A stretch of 45,666 nt of DNA from positions 13,373,201-13,418,866 of the forward strand of contig NC_068990.1 in assembly GCF_001194135.2 (NCBI RefSeq), written 5' to 3'. The DNA comes from Octopus bimaculoides. Taxonomy: Eukaryota. Below, piece after piece: positions 24,851 to 35,811 of this stretch. Position numbers and translations under genes: made by a program. The notes under the pieces are model-generated. The model saw only the letters and a program-made list of their open reading frames with translations, did not search any database and had not been told where the DNA came from. Each line of letters starts with the position of its first letter. The stretch's first letter is position 1.

Positions 24851-25274
24851 TCATCATTATTATTTAATGTTTGACTTTTGCTTTGCATTTGTACAAGTTG
24901 GATCCAAATCTCACCCAGAGACCTCAAGAGACAACAAGTTAGAAGTTCATGTAGGTGTTATGCCTAGGGTACCATATATTTGAATTTGTACAGTGTTGTT
25001 CTAGAGAATGTTTAAAAAACCATAAGAAAATTATGTGTTTGTTTTAAAATTTGAGATCACATAGACAGTATTTTACGTAGGATATGGGCAGTTCCCATTA
25101 GCACTATCTTTTGAACTTCAGCCATTTTGGGGTTTCCTGTTATCTGAGCTAGGTAGTAATCAACCTGTTTCGCTGTCATTCCCAGGGCACCTATGACAAT
25201 AGGTATTGTTTTCGTCTTCAGATTCCACATTTTGCTAATTTCTATTTCAAGATCTTTATATTTGCTCAGTTTTT
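24851..25274 (-). mobile_element. R4/Dong-like 3' end (C-terminus plus about 190-nt 3' UTR)
   Basis: KLSKYKDLEIEISKMWNLKTKTIPIVIGALG...VQKIVLMGTAHILRKILSM* (stop 25057). AAT/GAT-type tail at 24851-24865. The 5' part runs into an N-gap followed by (ATC)n/(ATT)n. Confidence 0.85.
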
Positions 25275-25407
25275 NNNNNNNNNNNNNNNNNNNNNNNNNN
25301 NNNNNNNNNNNNNNNNNNNNNNNNNNNNNNNNNNNNNNNNNNNNNNNNNNNNNNNNNNNNNNNNNNNNNNNNNNNNNNNNNNNNNNNNNNNNNNNNNNNN
25401 NNNNNNN

Positions 25408-25498
25408 ATTATCATCATCATCATTATTAGTATCATCATCATCATCATCCTCATCATCATCCTCATCCTCATCATCATCATCATTATTATTATTATTA

Positions 25499-25551
<53 letters not shown>

Positions 25552-25580
25552 GTTGTTGTTGTTATTATTATTATTATTTA
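25408..25580. repeat. Compound (ATC)/(ATT)/(GTT) microsatellite
   Basis: Direct reading. Confidence 0.95.
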
Positions 25581-25888
25581 TTGTATATGCATATACACAC
25601 GCGCACACATCCTCATGCATTGTGTTTATTATATATATATATATACATCCACGTTTGTGTGACATGCTCTGCTTTGTATGTGTGGGCCCTTATGGCCAAT
25701 AGAGAAAGGTTTTGTTATCAAGCGACTTTAATTACCCTTGGTGCTCTCTGCACTCTATTAGCCGAGCAACGCTCTTCATTATGCTTTCTATATGATTAAA
25801 AACAGTCATTATCCAGTTTTTTATTCAAACCGTTAATGGTTATAAGAGCTATTGCAAGAAATTAATCAATAAGATATAGCTTCTTATT

Positions 25889-26002
25889 ATTATTTTTCTT
25901 CTTCTTCTTCTTCTTCTTCTTCTTCTTCTTCTTCTTCTTCTTCTTCTTCTTCTTCTTCTTCTTCTTCTTCTTCTTCTTCTTCTTCTTCTTCTTCTTCTTC
26001 TC
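25889..26002. repeat. (CTT)n microsatellite
   Basis: Direct reading. Confidence 0.97.
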
Positions 26003-27365
26003 ATTCTCTTCCTTATCTTTCTTCTCCTCCGTACTTTCATTGTTTGGCTTTAACTTTTCCAAGGTGCACTCGAGAGTTTCAATCACAGACGTCAAGGGAG
26101 AATAAAAGCTTCCATCAAAAGAAGCGGACTGGTCAGAACTAGTCAGATGCTATGCAGATTCATAAGGAGAAAAATAAAAGAATGATGTCTGTGTGTAAAA
26201 AATTATCTTTACAAAAATTTTTAAATCATAATAACATTGAATGAGTAAAATTGTATTTATAGAAGGAGGAATTTACACAAAATATGTGATGTACCTATAA
26301 ATATGACCTTTGCTCATGCACTTATTTCGGTGCTGCCATGAATTTGGTCTACATATTTGTTCGCTTTATTTGATATTATACTCAGTGCTCTAATAACTAT
26401 AGGTAATGTTGTTGCTTTGAGACAAGGTTGTCAAACTTCAATATCGTCAGACGCTGACTGCCCTGCGGGAGTCGGGAAATGCATTCGGCCGAAATTCTAC
26501 GTTATGAATATGAAGAAATCCATTTGTGGGTAAAGGCGATGACGTTCTCGGGGAAAATCTAGGTGTCGACGAGGATGAAGTAAATGGCTTGTTTAAAGAG
26601 GTGTTTTGGACACGGAATTCTCATTAATAATTCCCCAAAATCCCTGATCAGGCAGTAGTGCTGAGAAGCGCTACCAGCCAGGTCTAACAAAGATGCGCGC
26701 AGAGCGTGCAAATAGCGCTGCTCGCAATCGTGTCCGAACATTGCTGTCTTGTGGAATTATGTCGAACAGCTGTTATCGCATGTAGGACAAATCCGACTAT
26801 TCGCTGTATCCATCGCGTTGATCTCCCCACTATACACATGTCTTACCTTGTTATGAGGGTCGGGAGGTAGAGTTCCTCTGTTTAATGGTTATGGTGAAAG
26901 AGGCTGTGTGGTGGACCACACTGAAAAGCTTGAGGAAAGATAATTTTCTCTTCGGTCCAGCCCTCATTGACTTTTTCTCGCTCCATTTGGAAATGAAAGT
27001 GAAAGTGGAGAGGGAAGAGCTTCCTCTCAGTGGTTTTGTGATAAGGTAGGTGGCTGTGGCAAAATGGGTAGAGTGAATAGATATGTTCTCAGCATGCACA
27101 TCTAGATTAGAGAGCAGCAAATGAGCGATGGCTCATGCTTTTGATGGTCGGAGTAATTCTGGATCTGTGGTCTTTCTTGATTGTCCCCAGCTGGAATCTC
27201 TCTTGTATCAGGAAGACTGCATCATTCATGCTATCACATGCTTTGTATACTATGTAGCATTTCTTTTCCGAATCCTCATCTTTTATATAAATCCCCACAC
27301 AAATTGTAGACTGTTCTTGTGATGTCCCACTTATCTATGATCCTGTGGCTAATAATAAAAAAAAA

Positions 27366-27560
27366 TCACCATCACCACCATCATCATCATCATCATCATC
27401 GTCATCATCGTCGTCGTCGTCGTCGTCGTTATTATTGTTGTTGTTGTTTTTTCTTCTTCTCCTTTCTTCTTCTTCTTCTTCTTCTTCTTCTTCTGCTTCT
27501 TCTTCTTCTTCTTCTTCTTCTTCTTCTTCTCCTTCTTCGTCGTCGCCGTCGTCTACTTCA
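27366..27560. repeat. Compound (CAT)(CGT)(TTG)(CTT) microsatellite
   Basis: Direct reading. Confidence 0.95.
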
Positions 27561-28352
27561 TGTGTAAGCGTATTGTCAAATTATGACAATATCTATAAAA
27601 TTAATCCGTATCACGTATGATTACATGTTGCACACATATGCACGTGTGCATATGTACAAATATACAAGCATAAACATATATACACAAACACATATACACT
27701 TACCCCTACAACACGTACACATATATTATGATGCTGCCGCACCTCATTCAATTAAACGTTCGCACCGATCCTCTTTGAACTACATCGCCGTTACATCAAA
27801 GCGCTGTATTTTGGACGCTGTTTTGTAAATCTTCTTCCACGCAGAATACATAATTTTGTTGACAGTTTGTGTTCTAGATCAGAATTAGTTCCATTATTCA
27901 TCTCTTCCCTCTTTAGATCTTAAAATGTTTTGGCGATTACTTGCAAATTAACATGAGTTGGATAGAAACTTAGAGAAAGTTTAAGAAAATTACTTAAGTC
28001 TCGCTGCTCGTAATCACACTTGCATATCATGGATCCTGGAAACAATTGTATATAAAATGAGTATTGAATGCTGTTTTGCCTTTTATTATCTTCTACTAAA
28101 GGTAATTTCCGTTGCACTTACTTCTCACAAGTAGATTTTGCCAAACTATCCTGGAGCAATGGCTAATCATGATACACTCGTTGCATATATTGCTATGAGA
28201 TTGTTTCGAATCGATATTTTATCTCAATGCATGAAATTGATTATCATGTAATATTCTGGCTAATCAATACTTACTTGTGAATTTAGATCTCCGATTATTA
28301 TGCATGCATATAAATATCATGTTTAAAGATGTATGCGTAAATGCTTGTGATC

Positions 28353-28438
<86 letters not shown>

Positions 28439-28920
28439 CTCTGTCTCTGTCTCTGTCTGTGTGCGTGCGTGCAAAATGTTCTTGTACATTTTAGAAAACA
28501 ATCATGTCACCGTATGTGAACGAATTAGTGAAATATAAATCGTGCACACGTTTAAAGGCAGATTTAAGTATGATTATATACAACGTATAAATAAATTTCT
28601 ATATTCGTTTTCGTAATAAAAGGTGCTTACTGTGAAAACTGAAATGGAAAGATGTTGTAAAGATCATATGAAGCAAAATGCCAATATATTTTTATTGACA
28701 GAATCGGTAGAGATGGCGAAAAAATAAAGCCTTTATTGTATCTAATTATATCCGCTAAATGTACTACCTTTATTTATCTCACATTTGAATTCCCTTCCTT
28801 AAGGTCTTCTTGGATAGTTCTCAGTCCAATTTTGTTCTTTGATCATGATCCGTTTGCACCTAAGTATTGCTATATCAATTATATCACATTCTCTTGTTTC
28901 TTGCGTTCTCTTTAAAAATA

Positions 28921-29075
28921 TCAAAGACAGCGAAGTGATGGAGTCTTTAGGGTGTGAGATAGGTTGTCTTGCTTTATGTATTCCGGTTCATTGCATTCTG
29001 AGTTCAAATAAGACTGGATTCAAAATTGCCCCCCGTCCTTCCAGAGTCAATACATTACCTAAGGCCAGTACTAGA
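28921..29075 (+). mobile_element. SINE family B, highly degenerate
   Basis: AAAGACAGCGAAG...CATTCTGAGTTCAAAT...CCTTCCAGAGTCAAT. Confidence 0.5.
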
Positions 29076-29124
29076 TCAATTCTTTTCTTTTTCTCAGTGT
29101 ACCAATCAATCTGTCAATCAATCA

Positions 29125-29165
<41 letters not shown>

Positions 29166-29414
29166 ACTATCCATAAGTCTGTCGATATATCTTTTCTATT
29201 GCCCCCATTATGTGTGTTGCACTCTCTACGTCGGCTATGTTGCATCCTGAGAAGAATTTTGATAGATTACTTATGTCTCTGTCCCCAGAGATAACGGAGG
29301 GTTGAGCGAGGAGCTGGCTCCCTATTTTCAAAGAAGCAAAAGAATCTGTTAACCAGTTAACCAATCGAAATCCTTTAAAGACAAGGTGACATAAATCACA
29401 TCACCAAAGAACAG

Positions 29415-29860
29415 CAATAATAATAGTTTCAAATTTTGGCACATGTCCTGCAATTTCAGAGGAGCCATAAGTCAATTACATCGGCCTCAGGTCCTTACTG
29501 ATACTAGTTTTATCAATCCCAAAAGGGTAAAAGGATAAGTGAAACTCAGCGGAAGCAGAATTTGAACACTGGACGTAAAGACGGACGTAATACTGCTAAG
29601 CAGGATGTCAGGCAGGCTAGTGATTCTGCTAGCTCACCGCCTCAATTGTAATAATAATCCTTTCTACAATAGACACAAAGCCTGAAATTTGGTGGACGGG
29701 GGGCGGGTAGTCGATTTGCACCGACCCCAGTGTTTCACTGCTACTTAATTTATCGACACCGAAAGGATGAAAGGCGAAATTTGAACTCAGACCGTAGCGA
29801 CGGGTGAAATACCGCTAAGCATTTTGCCCGGCGTGCTAACGATTCTGCCAGCTTACTGCC

Positions 29861-29862
<2 letters not shown>
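29415..29862 (-). mobile_element. Two head-to-tail SINE family B copies (29415-29643 and 29650-29862)
   Basis: Both show AATTTGAAC(T/A)C and GATTCTGC(C/T)AGCT on the plus strand, with different tails. Followed by a long (AAT)n array. Confidence 0.85.
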
Positions 29863-29953
<91 letters not shown>

Positions 29954-29961
29954 GCAGCAGC

Positions 29962-30028
<67 letters not shown>

Positions 30029-30066
30029 GCAGCAACAAAAACAACAATAATAATAATAATAATGAT
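29863..30066. repeat. Compound (AAT)(AAC)(AGC)(AAT) microsatellite
   Basis: Direct reading. Confidence 0.97.
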
Positions 30067-31157
30067 AATTTCTTTGCCACAAGGTCTCGAAGAGATGCTT
30101 TCTTCTACAGAGCACAACTCTTGTATTATTTCATATTATTTTATGGATTGATTAGGACATGTATGTCCATGGTAACCCCAATCAGTCAACATATCGCCTC
30201 CATCTATATCTGCACCCAACCTGGTGCATAGTGTGCACCAAAGGTATACTAATAGCCAGGATAAAGTCACTAACGTGTCCCTGTGTTTCACCTTCTCAAA
30301 TACGAGATCAATTTGCGCATGAGCCCTGCTATCTCGTTTTAAAGCTGACACAACGAATGCCACATTATCTCTCACAATAAAGGAGATTATACTTAAAGCA
30401 TTTGACTGGTGCGTCTTCAACTCTTGCTCAGATGGAAGAAGAAAAACTACCGTGACCTTGATAAAGCACAGGGAGGTTACCTCTATTCTATCTCATACTT
30501 CTGTGAAGGGTTAGGTAAGTTGGATTATGGTAAGAAGGATTATGGACATGACGCTGCCAAGATTTTATATTTACAGATTTTTGAGAAGATTGCACTTTGT
30601 TATAGAATCGTCTCATTTGACGAAGAACCCCACGTATGTGTTATTGTAGTAATATTGATGTGAAACAACATTCGTTACGCTATGCTTTTCGTACATATTG
30701 ATTTTTGTTTCATTTTCCGTCAATTTATTATTTGCATGGTAGTTCTGCTTTGTGCAATGTAATTTCTCTAAGGAGTATATCCCGGAAAAAATGGAAGGAT
30801 TTTGCTTTAGAGAAATGCAGTAAAATAAATTAGAAATATTTTTAAAAAACAACCGTTGTTTTATCCCAGTAATGATAATTCCCAAATATTCGATTATAGT
30901 TCCGGCTTGAAATAATATTGTAAAATAATAGTTTTTTTTTAATTTTATAAAATAGGGAATTCTCAGCGCAATATTTTATTATATAAGCATATATTTCTAA
31001 ATGCATGAGTGACAAATGAATCTCTGTTACTGGATCTAGAACAAATATTGCGAGGAAATCCGTACGTAAAGCACCGTTAGTTTGTCAATTGTTTTGTTTT
31101 TTTCTTATCCTCTAGGATGTTTATACCGATACATATGGCTGAAAGTTATACACCCCG

Positions 31158-31201
<44 letters not shown>

Positions 31202-31301
31202 GTATATACGAATGAGTAGCCAAACGAATGAAAGAGGCACTCAGCAGATTTAGTAGGAGATTCATGAGACCGAATGTTTTTAATAATAAGAGATTTTAAA
31301 A

Positions 31302-31324
31302 TAATGATAATAATAATAATAATA

Positions 31325-31355
<31 letters not shown>

Positions 31356-31392
31356 TGATAATAATAATAATAATTTTAGTAATAATAATATA
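31302..31392. repeat. (AAT)n microsatellite
   Basis: Direct reading. Confidence 0.95.
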
Positions 31393-32080
31393 TGGTTATG
31401 TGCGTGTGTTAGAAGCCTTCAGGTTTTTATGTCTTCAGAGTGATCGTTTCCAAACACGCCTCCTCTTCAATACTTTTGTTTGGCGTCCTTCCATGATGCG
31501 TTTGCGTTAATCACACTTATCTAATTTAGGTTAGATTTAAGCATGAATATTCACCTATGGAGGTATTCTGTTCTAAAGTTGTCTAGTTTTTGTTGTTCCT
31601 TTTATTTTATCTGACATCTGTTAAGCTTAATTACATATAACCTTGTCTATTAACCAATTATGCGATTTCCTTATCTATTAATTGTATCCCATTACTTCTA
31701 CTTTTCCTTAATATAACTGGCCGCTTTTTCTTTTCTGAACAACGTAGATTCGAAATTCTATATTTCTATGGTATTTTGTTTATTGGGGATTTAATGAAGT
31801 GAAAATGGAGCAAAGATGTGTGTTTTGTCTGTGATATTTGTGCAAGTTCGCTGAGTTCAAAACTTGCTGAGGTCATTTTTGCATTTTAATCCTTTCGAGA
31901 TTGATCGAGAAAATACCAGTCATAGGTGGTACAATGGCGAGATCGTTAAAAGTTCGAACGAGGTGCCTTGCGACATGTGGTCTGACTTTTTGCGTCCTAA
32001 CAGCAGCGGTGCTGCGACACTGGTGCCAAGTTGTAGCGCTCTCTGCCATTAATTTTTCGGACAACCTCATTAACGCGTTA

Positions 32081-32298
32081 GAGACGAGTGGCTTAGTGGT
32101 TAGGGTGTTGGACTCATGATCGTAAGATTGTGGTTTCGATTCCTGGACTGAGAGACGCGTTTTGTTCTTGAACAAAACACTTCATTTCACGTTGCTCAGT
32201 CCACTCAGCTGCAAAAATTAGTAATCCTGCGACGGCTCAGCGTCCTGTCCACATAGGGAATTTATATGCCATGGAAACCGGAAAACCGGCCCTATGAG
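32081..32298 (+). mobile_element. tRNA-derived SINE (family D) with V-domain-like body
   Basis: A box TGGCTTAGTGG, B box GGTTTCGATTCC. Body CCTGCGACGGCTCAGCGTCCTGTCCA and GAAACCGG tail resemble V-SINEs as recalled (unverified). Confidence 0.7.
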
Positions 32299-32425
32299 AT
32301 TTATGATTCAAGAATGAACTATAATTACATTGACGGGGGAAGAGAGACTTTCACGTGTGACTAACTATTAATTTTCCCTTACAAAAAACCTTCCTTGGAT
32401 TTGTACATTTAGGAGTGTCGAATCT

Positions 32426-32855
32426 ACACTGGGCTAATCACAGAGAAATATCCTAGTACCGTGCCTTCTATACGACAACATAGAAGCTGAAGTGCTGTGC
32501 TAGTCTTCCATACGAAATCATCTGAATTGAGATATGGAATAAGGCAGGGCTGCATAACCGCGCCTACGCTGATTTCTATTCTCATTTCATCAATGCTTAA
32601 AACCACTACGAACAAATTCCTTCCTGAAGTCCAATCGTCATTCAATGAAAACAGCAAGCTATGCGATGTTGGTAAATTAAGTACAGAACAAAATCCCCCT
32701 GCCTCATTCGTATTTGAATTTCATTACAGTGATTACGCCACGTTGCGACTAAGAAAACAATTACAATCCTTGTTATTGACAAATTAAAGGGATAGGGTTT
32801 AACTTTAGCTTAACTAAAAGAAGTCTCGCAACAATAAGCTGTATACAAGCCACAG
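32426..32855 (+). mobile_element. RTE-clade (BovB-like) reverse transcriptase fragment, decayed
   Basis: LLYDNIEAEVL...YGIRQGCITAPTL (GVKQGCVLAPTLF-like), FEFHYSDYATL (LLYADD-like), followed by a degenerate GLTINLKKTEVLYQP-like segment. Confidence 0.75.
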
Positions 32856-34213
32856 ACATAACTGAGAGTTTTGAAGTCCGAATGAGGGTGTTCTACTTTA
32901 AATCAATAAAGAAAAACATTAAAAAAAATAGTGAGCCACATGTTAGTTTATTACATCGAGTTCTATGTATGCACATAGACATATTTATATAATATTCATA
33001 TATATANNNNNNNNNNNNNNNNNNNNNNNNNNNNNNNNNNNNNNNNNNNNNNNNNNNNNNNNNNNNNNNNNNNNNNNNNNNNNNNNNNNNNNNNNNNNNN
33101 NNNNNNNNNNNNNNNNNNNNNNNNNNNNNNNNNNNNNNNNNNNNNNNNNNNNNNNNNNNNNNNNNNNNTGTGTGTGTGTGTGTGTGTGTGTGTGTACATA
33201 TATGAAAAATATGTGTGTCTATGTCCATATATAATCATATATATCTTAGATGACAACGGTACAAAAAGAAGATATCACGGGAGGGACAATTTTTAACAAA
33301 TGCTGTGTAAGATGAATGCTGCTGAAAACGAAAGGAAAGGTTCTTGACATTTCGGACGCTATTAGTTCATAAAAAAAAAGATTGGAGATAAAAAATAAGA
33401 GGAGAAAAAGTGATTAGAAGTATAAAATGAATGAGAAAAGATAACAAGATAGAGACAGACAGAGAGGAATTCGTAGACTTGGGATATATTAAAAAAATAA
33501 AACAAGATGAAGATGTTTAGGCTGGACATAATGATAAACTGAATGAGTGAGAGAGACATATAGAAATAAAAAGAGAGTGAGACATAGATGGTTAATTGGC
33601 AAGGGGGGAGAGAAGGAGAGATGGGGGTAGAACAGCCGGCGTCGGTATATTATGGACTTCGACTATCACCTTCTCATCAGTGCAAAGTTGACTGAAATAA
33701 AAATCTGGCAGCAACACAGCCGAGCACACGACAACAAAATACGCACTGAATCACACAAATATCTTTCTCATTATCAGTTCCTTGTAGCTTCCTCCAGAGA
33801 ACATCAAATAGATTTAGCAGTGTTTTTAAAATGGCTGCAAATATTGTGCATACAAAAATCTGTATACCTAGCTATACGTTTACTTTGAGTTTGGTATCAT
33901 ACATAACTTGCAAATATTGTACGCTGTATAGAATGGCTTATTCATATAAAAGACAAATGGTAAAGCATTAACCGTCTGTCATCACTTACTGCAATCATTA
34001 GACTAGTGAATACCGTTTCAGATACTTAAGTCATTTGCCAATTCAATTAAATCGAGGAAACCAGAATTTCAATCCACATTTGATTCTCGCAACCCGTATG
34101 AAGAGCATTAGTTATATATAGGCTTCAATGCTGAATAGAGGTATAAACTATGTACCCGACGAAATCAAGGAAACCGGCCTTTTGAGCCTATGTGTCGAGA
34201 ACTGATCGTTGTC

Positions 34214-34245
<32 letters not shown>

Positions 34246-34284
34246 GCATATATATAGGCATATATATACACGCCATACACACAC

Positions 34285-34332
<48 letters not shown>

Positions 34333-34334
34333 GC

Positions 34335-34600
34335 CACTCGTTGGGGTGCCACTCTACACGTCTTTGCAGCTGGCCACTGTCACTCACTGGTCTCTATTCT
34401 CTGTCATCCGTAGCAGTTTCGCAGTCTTGTAACCTATCCTGTCCTTGATGTCAAACCACGAACTTTTTCAGCCTGACGCTCGCTCGACTTTCCTCAACTG
34501 TCCTTTGACGAATGGTCTTAGAGAGGGAGTTCTAGCGTAATAAATGACCGTACCAGGCAAGGTCTCGTCATTTCACCTGCACAAGGAATGGTTCCTGCCT
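34335..34600 (-). mobile_element. RTE-clade LINE 3' end fragment
   Basis: Minus translation RDLAWYGHLLR*NSLSKTIRQRTVEESR...IKDRIG...LLRMTENRDQ, typical of the RTE C-terminus (WFGH.xR...KTILQG.VEG.R). Confidence 0.7.
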
Positions 34601-34912
34601 GCAAGCGTGTTTGTGTACTTGCTGCTTGACAATGCTGTTCGTTTCGTGTAACCGGATTTTGCGTCAGTTTTGAAAACGAATATTCAAGTTACTTGTCTAT
34701 CATGTTATTGTATTAATATGTAAATATCTGAGCAAATCAGGGTCACGTATACCTTTAACGTAATCCTTACATTCAGTTAACTTGACACTGTATAGCAACG
34801 TTTGAATTGAACTAAACAAATGCGACAGCATACATGTAGTTTCAGCTTAAACATTCCCACGGAGAAAATTCGACTCGTCCCGAAGGTATTGCACAAATCG
34901 CAAGCAGTGGTA

Positions 34913-35348
34913 CAAGTGTCGATCCATTACGGCCGTTTCCAATGACTCCTTTAAGTGATTAATGAAAACATTACGTCATTGTAAAGAAAGCGTTTTCGTC
35001 AGATGGATTCATGAGAATCAAACCCAAAAGACAATTCGACTTATTTAACATAATTACAAATTCATCGAGCAAAAATATTTACATTGATTGTTCTTCTGTT
35101 CATTTGGCAGAATGAATTTACTAGAATAGTCTATATCCAGTAAAGTCATTCAGCCTACTAAATAGTAGTACGATCAATGTAAATATTTTTGCTCTATGAA
35201 TTTGTAACTAAGTTAAATAAATCGAATTGTCCTTCAGGTTTGAAGCTAATGAATTCATCTTACGAAAACGATTTCTTTACAATGATGTAATGTTTTCATT
35301 AATCAATCAAAGGAGTCGTTGGAAATGGCCGTAATGGATTGACACCTG
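34913..35348. mobile_element. 436-bp palindromic MITE / foldback element, Tc1/mariner-like ends
   Basis: TA|CAAGTGTCGATCCATTACGGCC ... GGCCGTAATGGATTGACACCTG|TA. Arms of about 185 bp are clearly complementary, with a further inner inverted repeat centred on 35126-35134. Confidence 0.9.
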
Positions 35349-35779
35349 TAACTCTTTGTTACCCATATTTTATTCACCTATCCTGGAATCTGCGCTTTGT
35401 AAATATTATAGACAGTATTTCATATACATGTCTGAATAGCTAAGAGCGGATTTCTTCACACAGCTGGGTCTTACTATCTGCATACACTGCAAGAATATCA
35501 TGTGACCGGCACTTATGCATCAAGTCTGATGTTCCTTTAATATTGTTGAGAATGCTTGTTACTCCGACCTCACAAGGTGATAGAATTTAATTACCTAATT
35601 CAACTGATTCTTAATTGTATTTTTTATATACAAATATAAACATTTTCTTCTCTTTCCATGTTTTTTCCTCTCAATTCTTTCTGTCGAAGAGGGTAGGCTT
35701 GAAACGCCAAAGACATTACCACCTGTTTGTTGTCATTTCACCTGTCTTCGTTTCTTGTTTTCTGTAAATTTGAACTATG

Positions 35780-35811
<32 letters not shown>

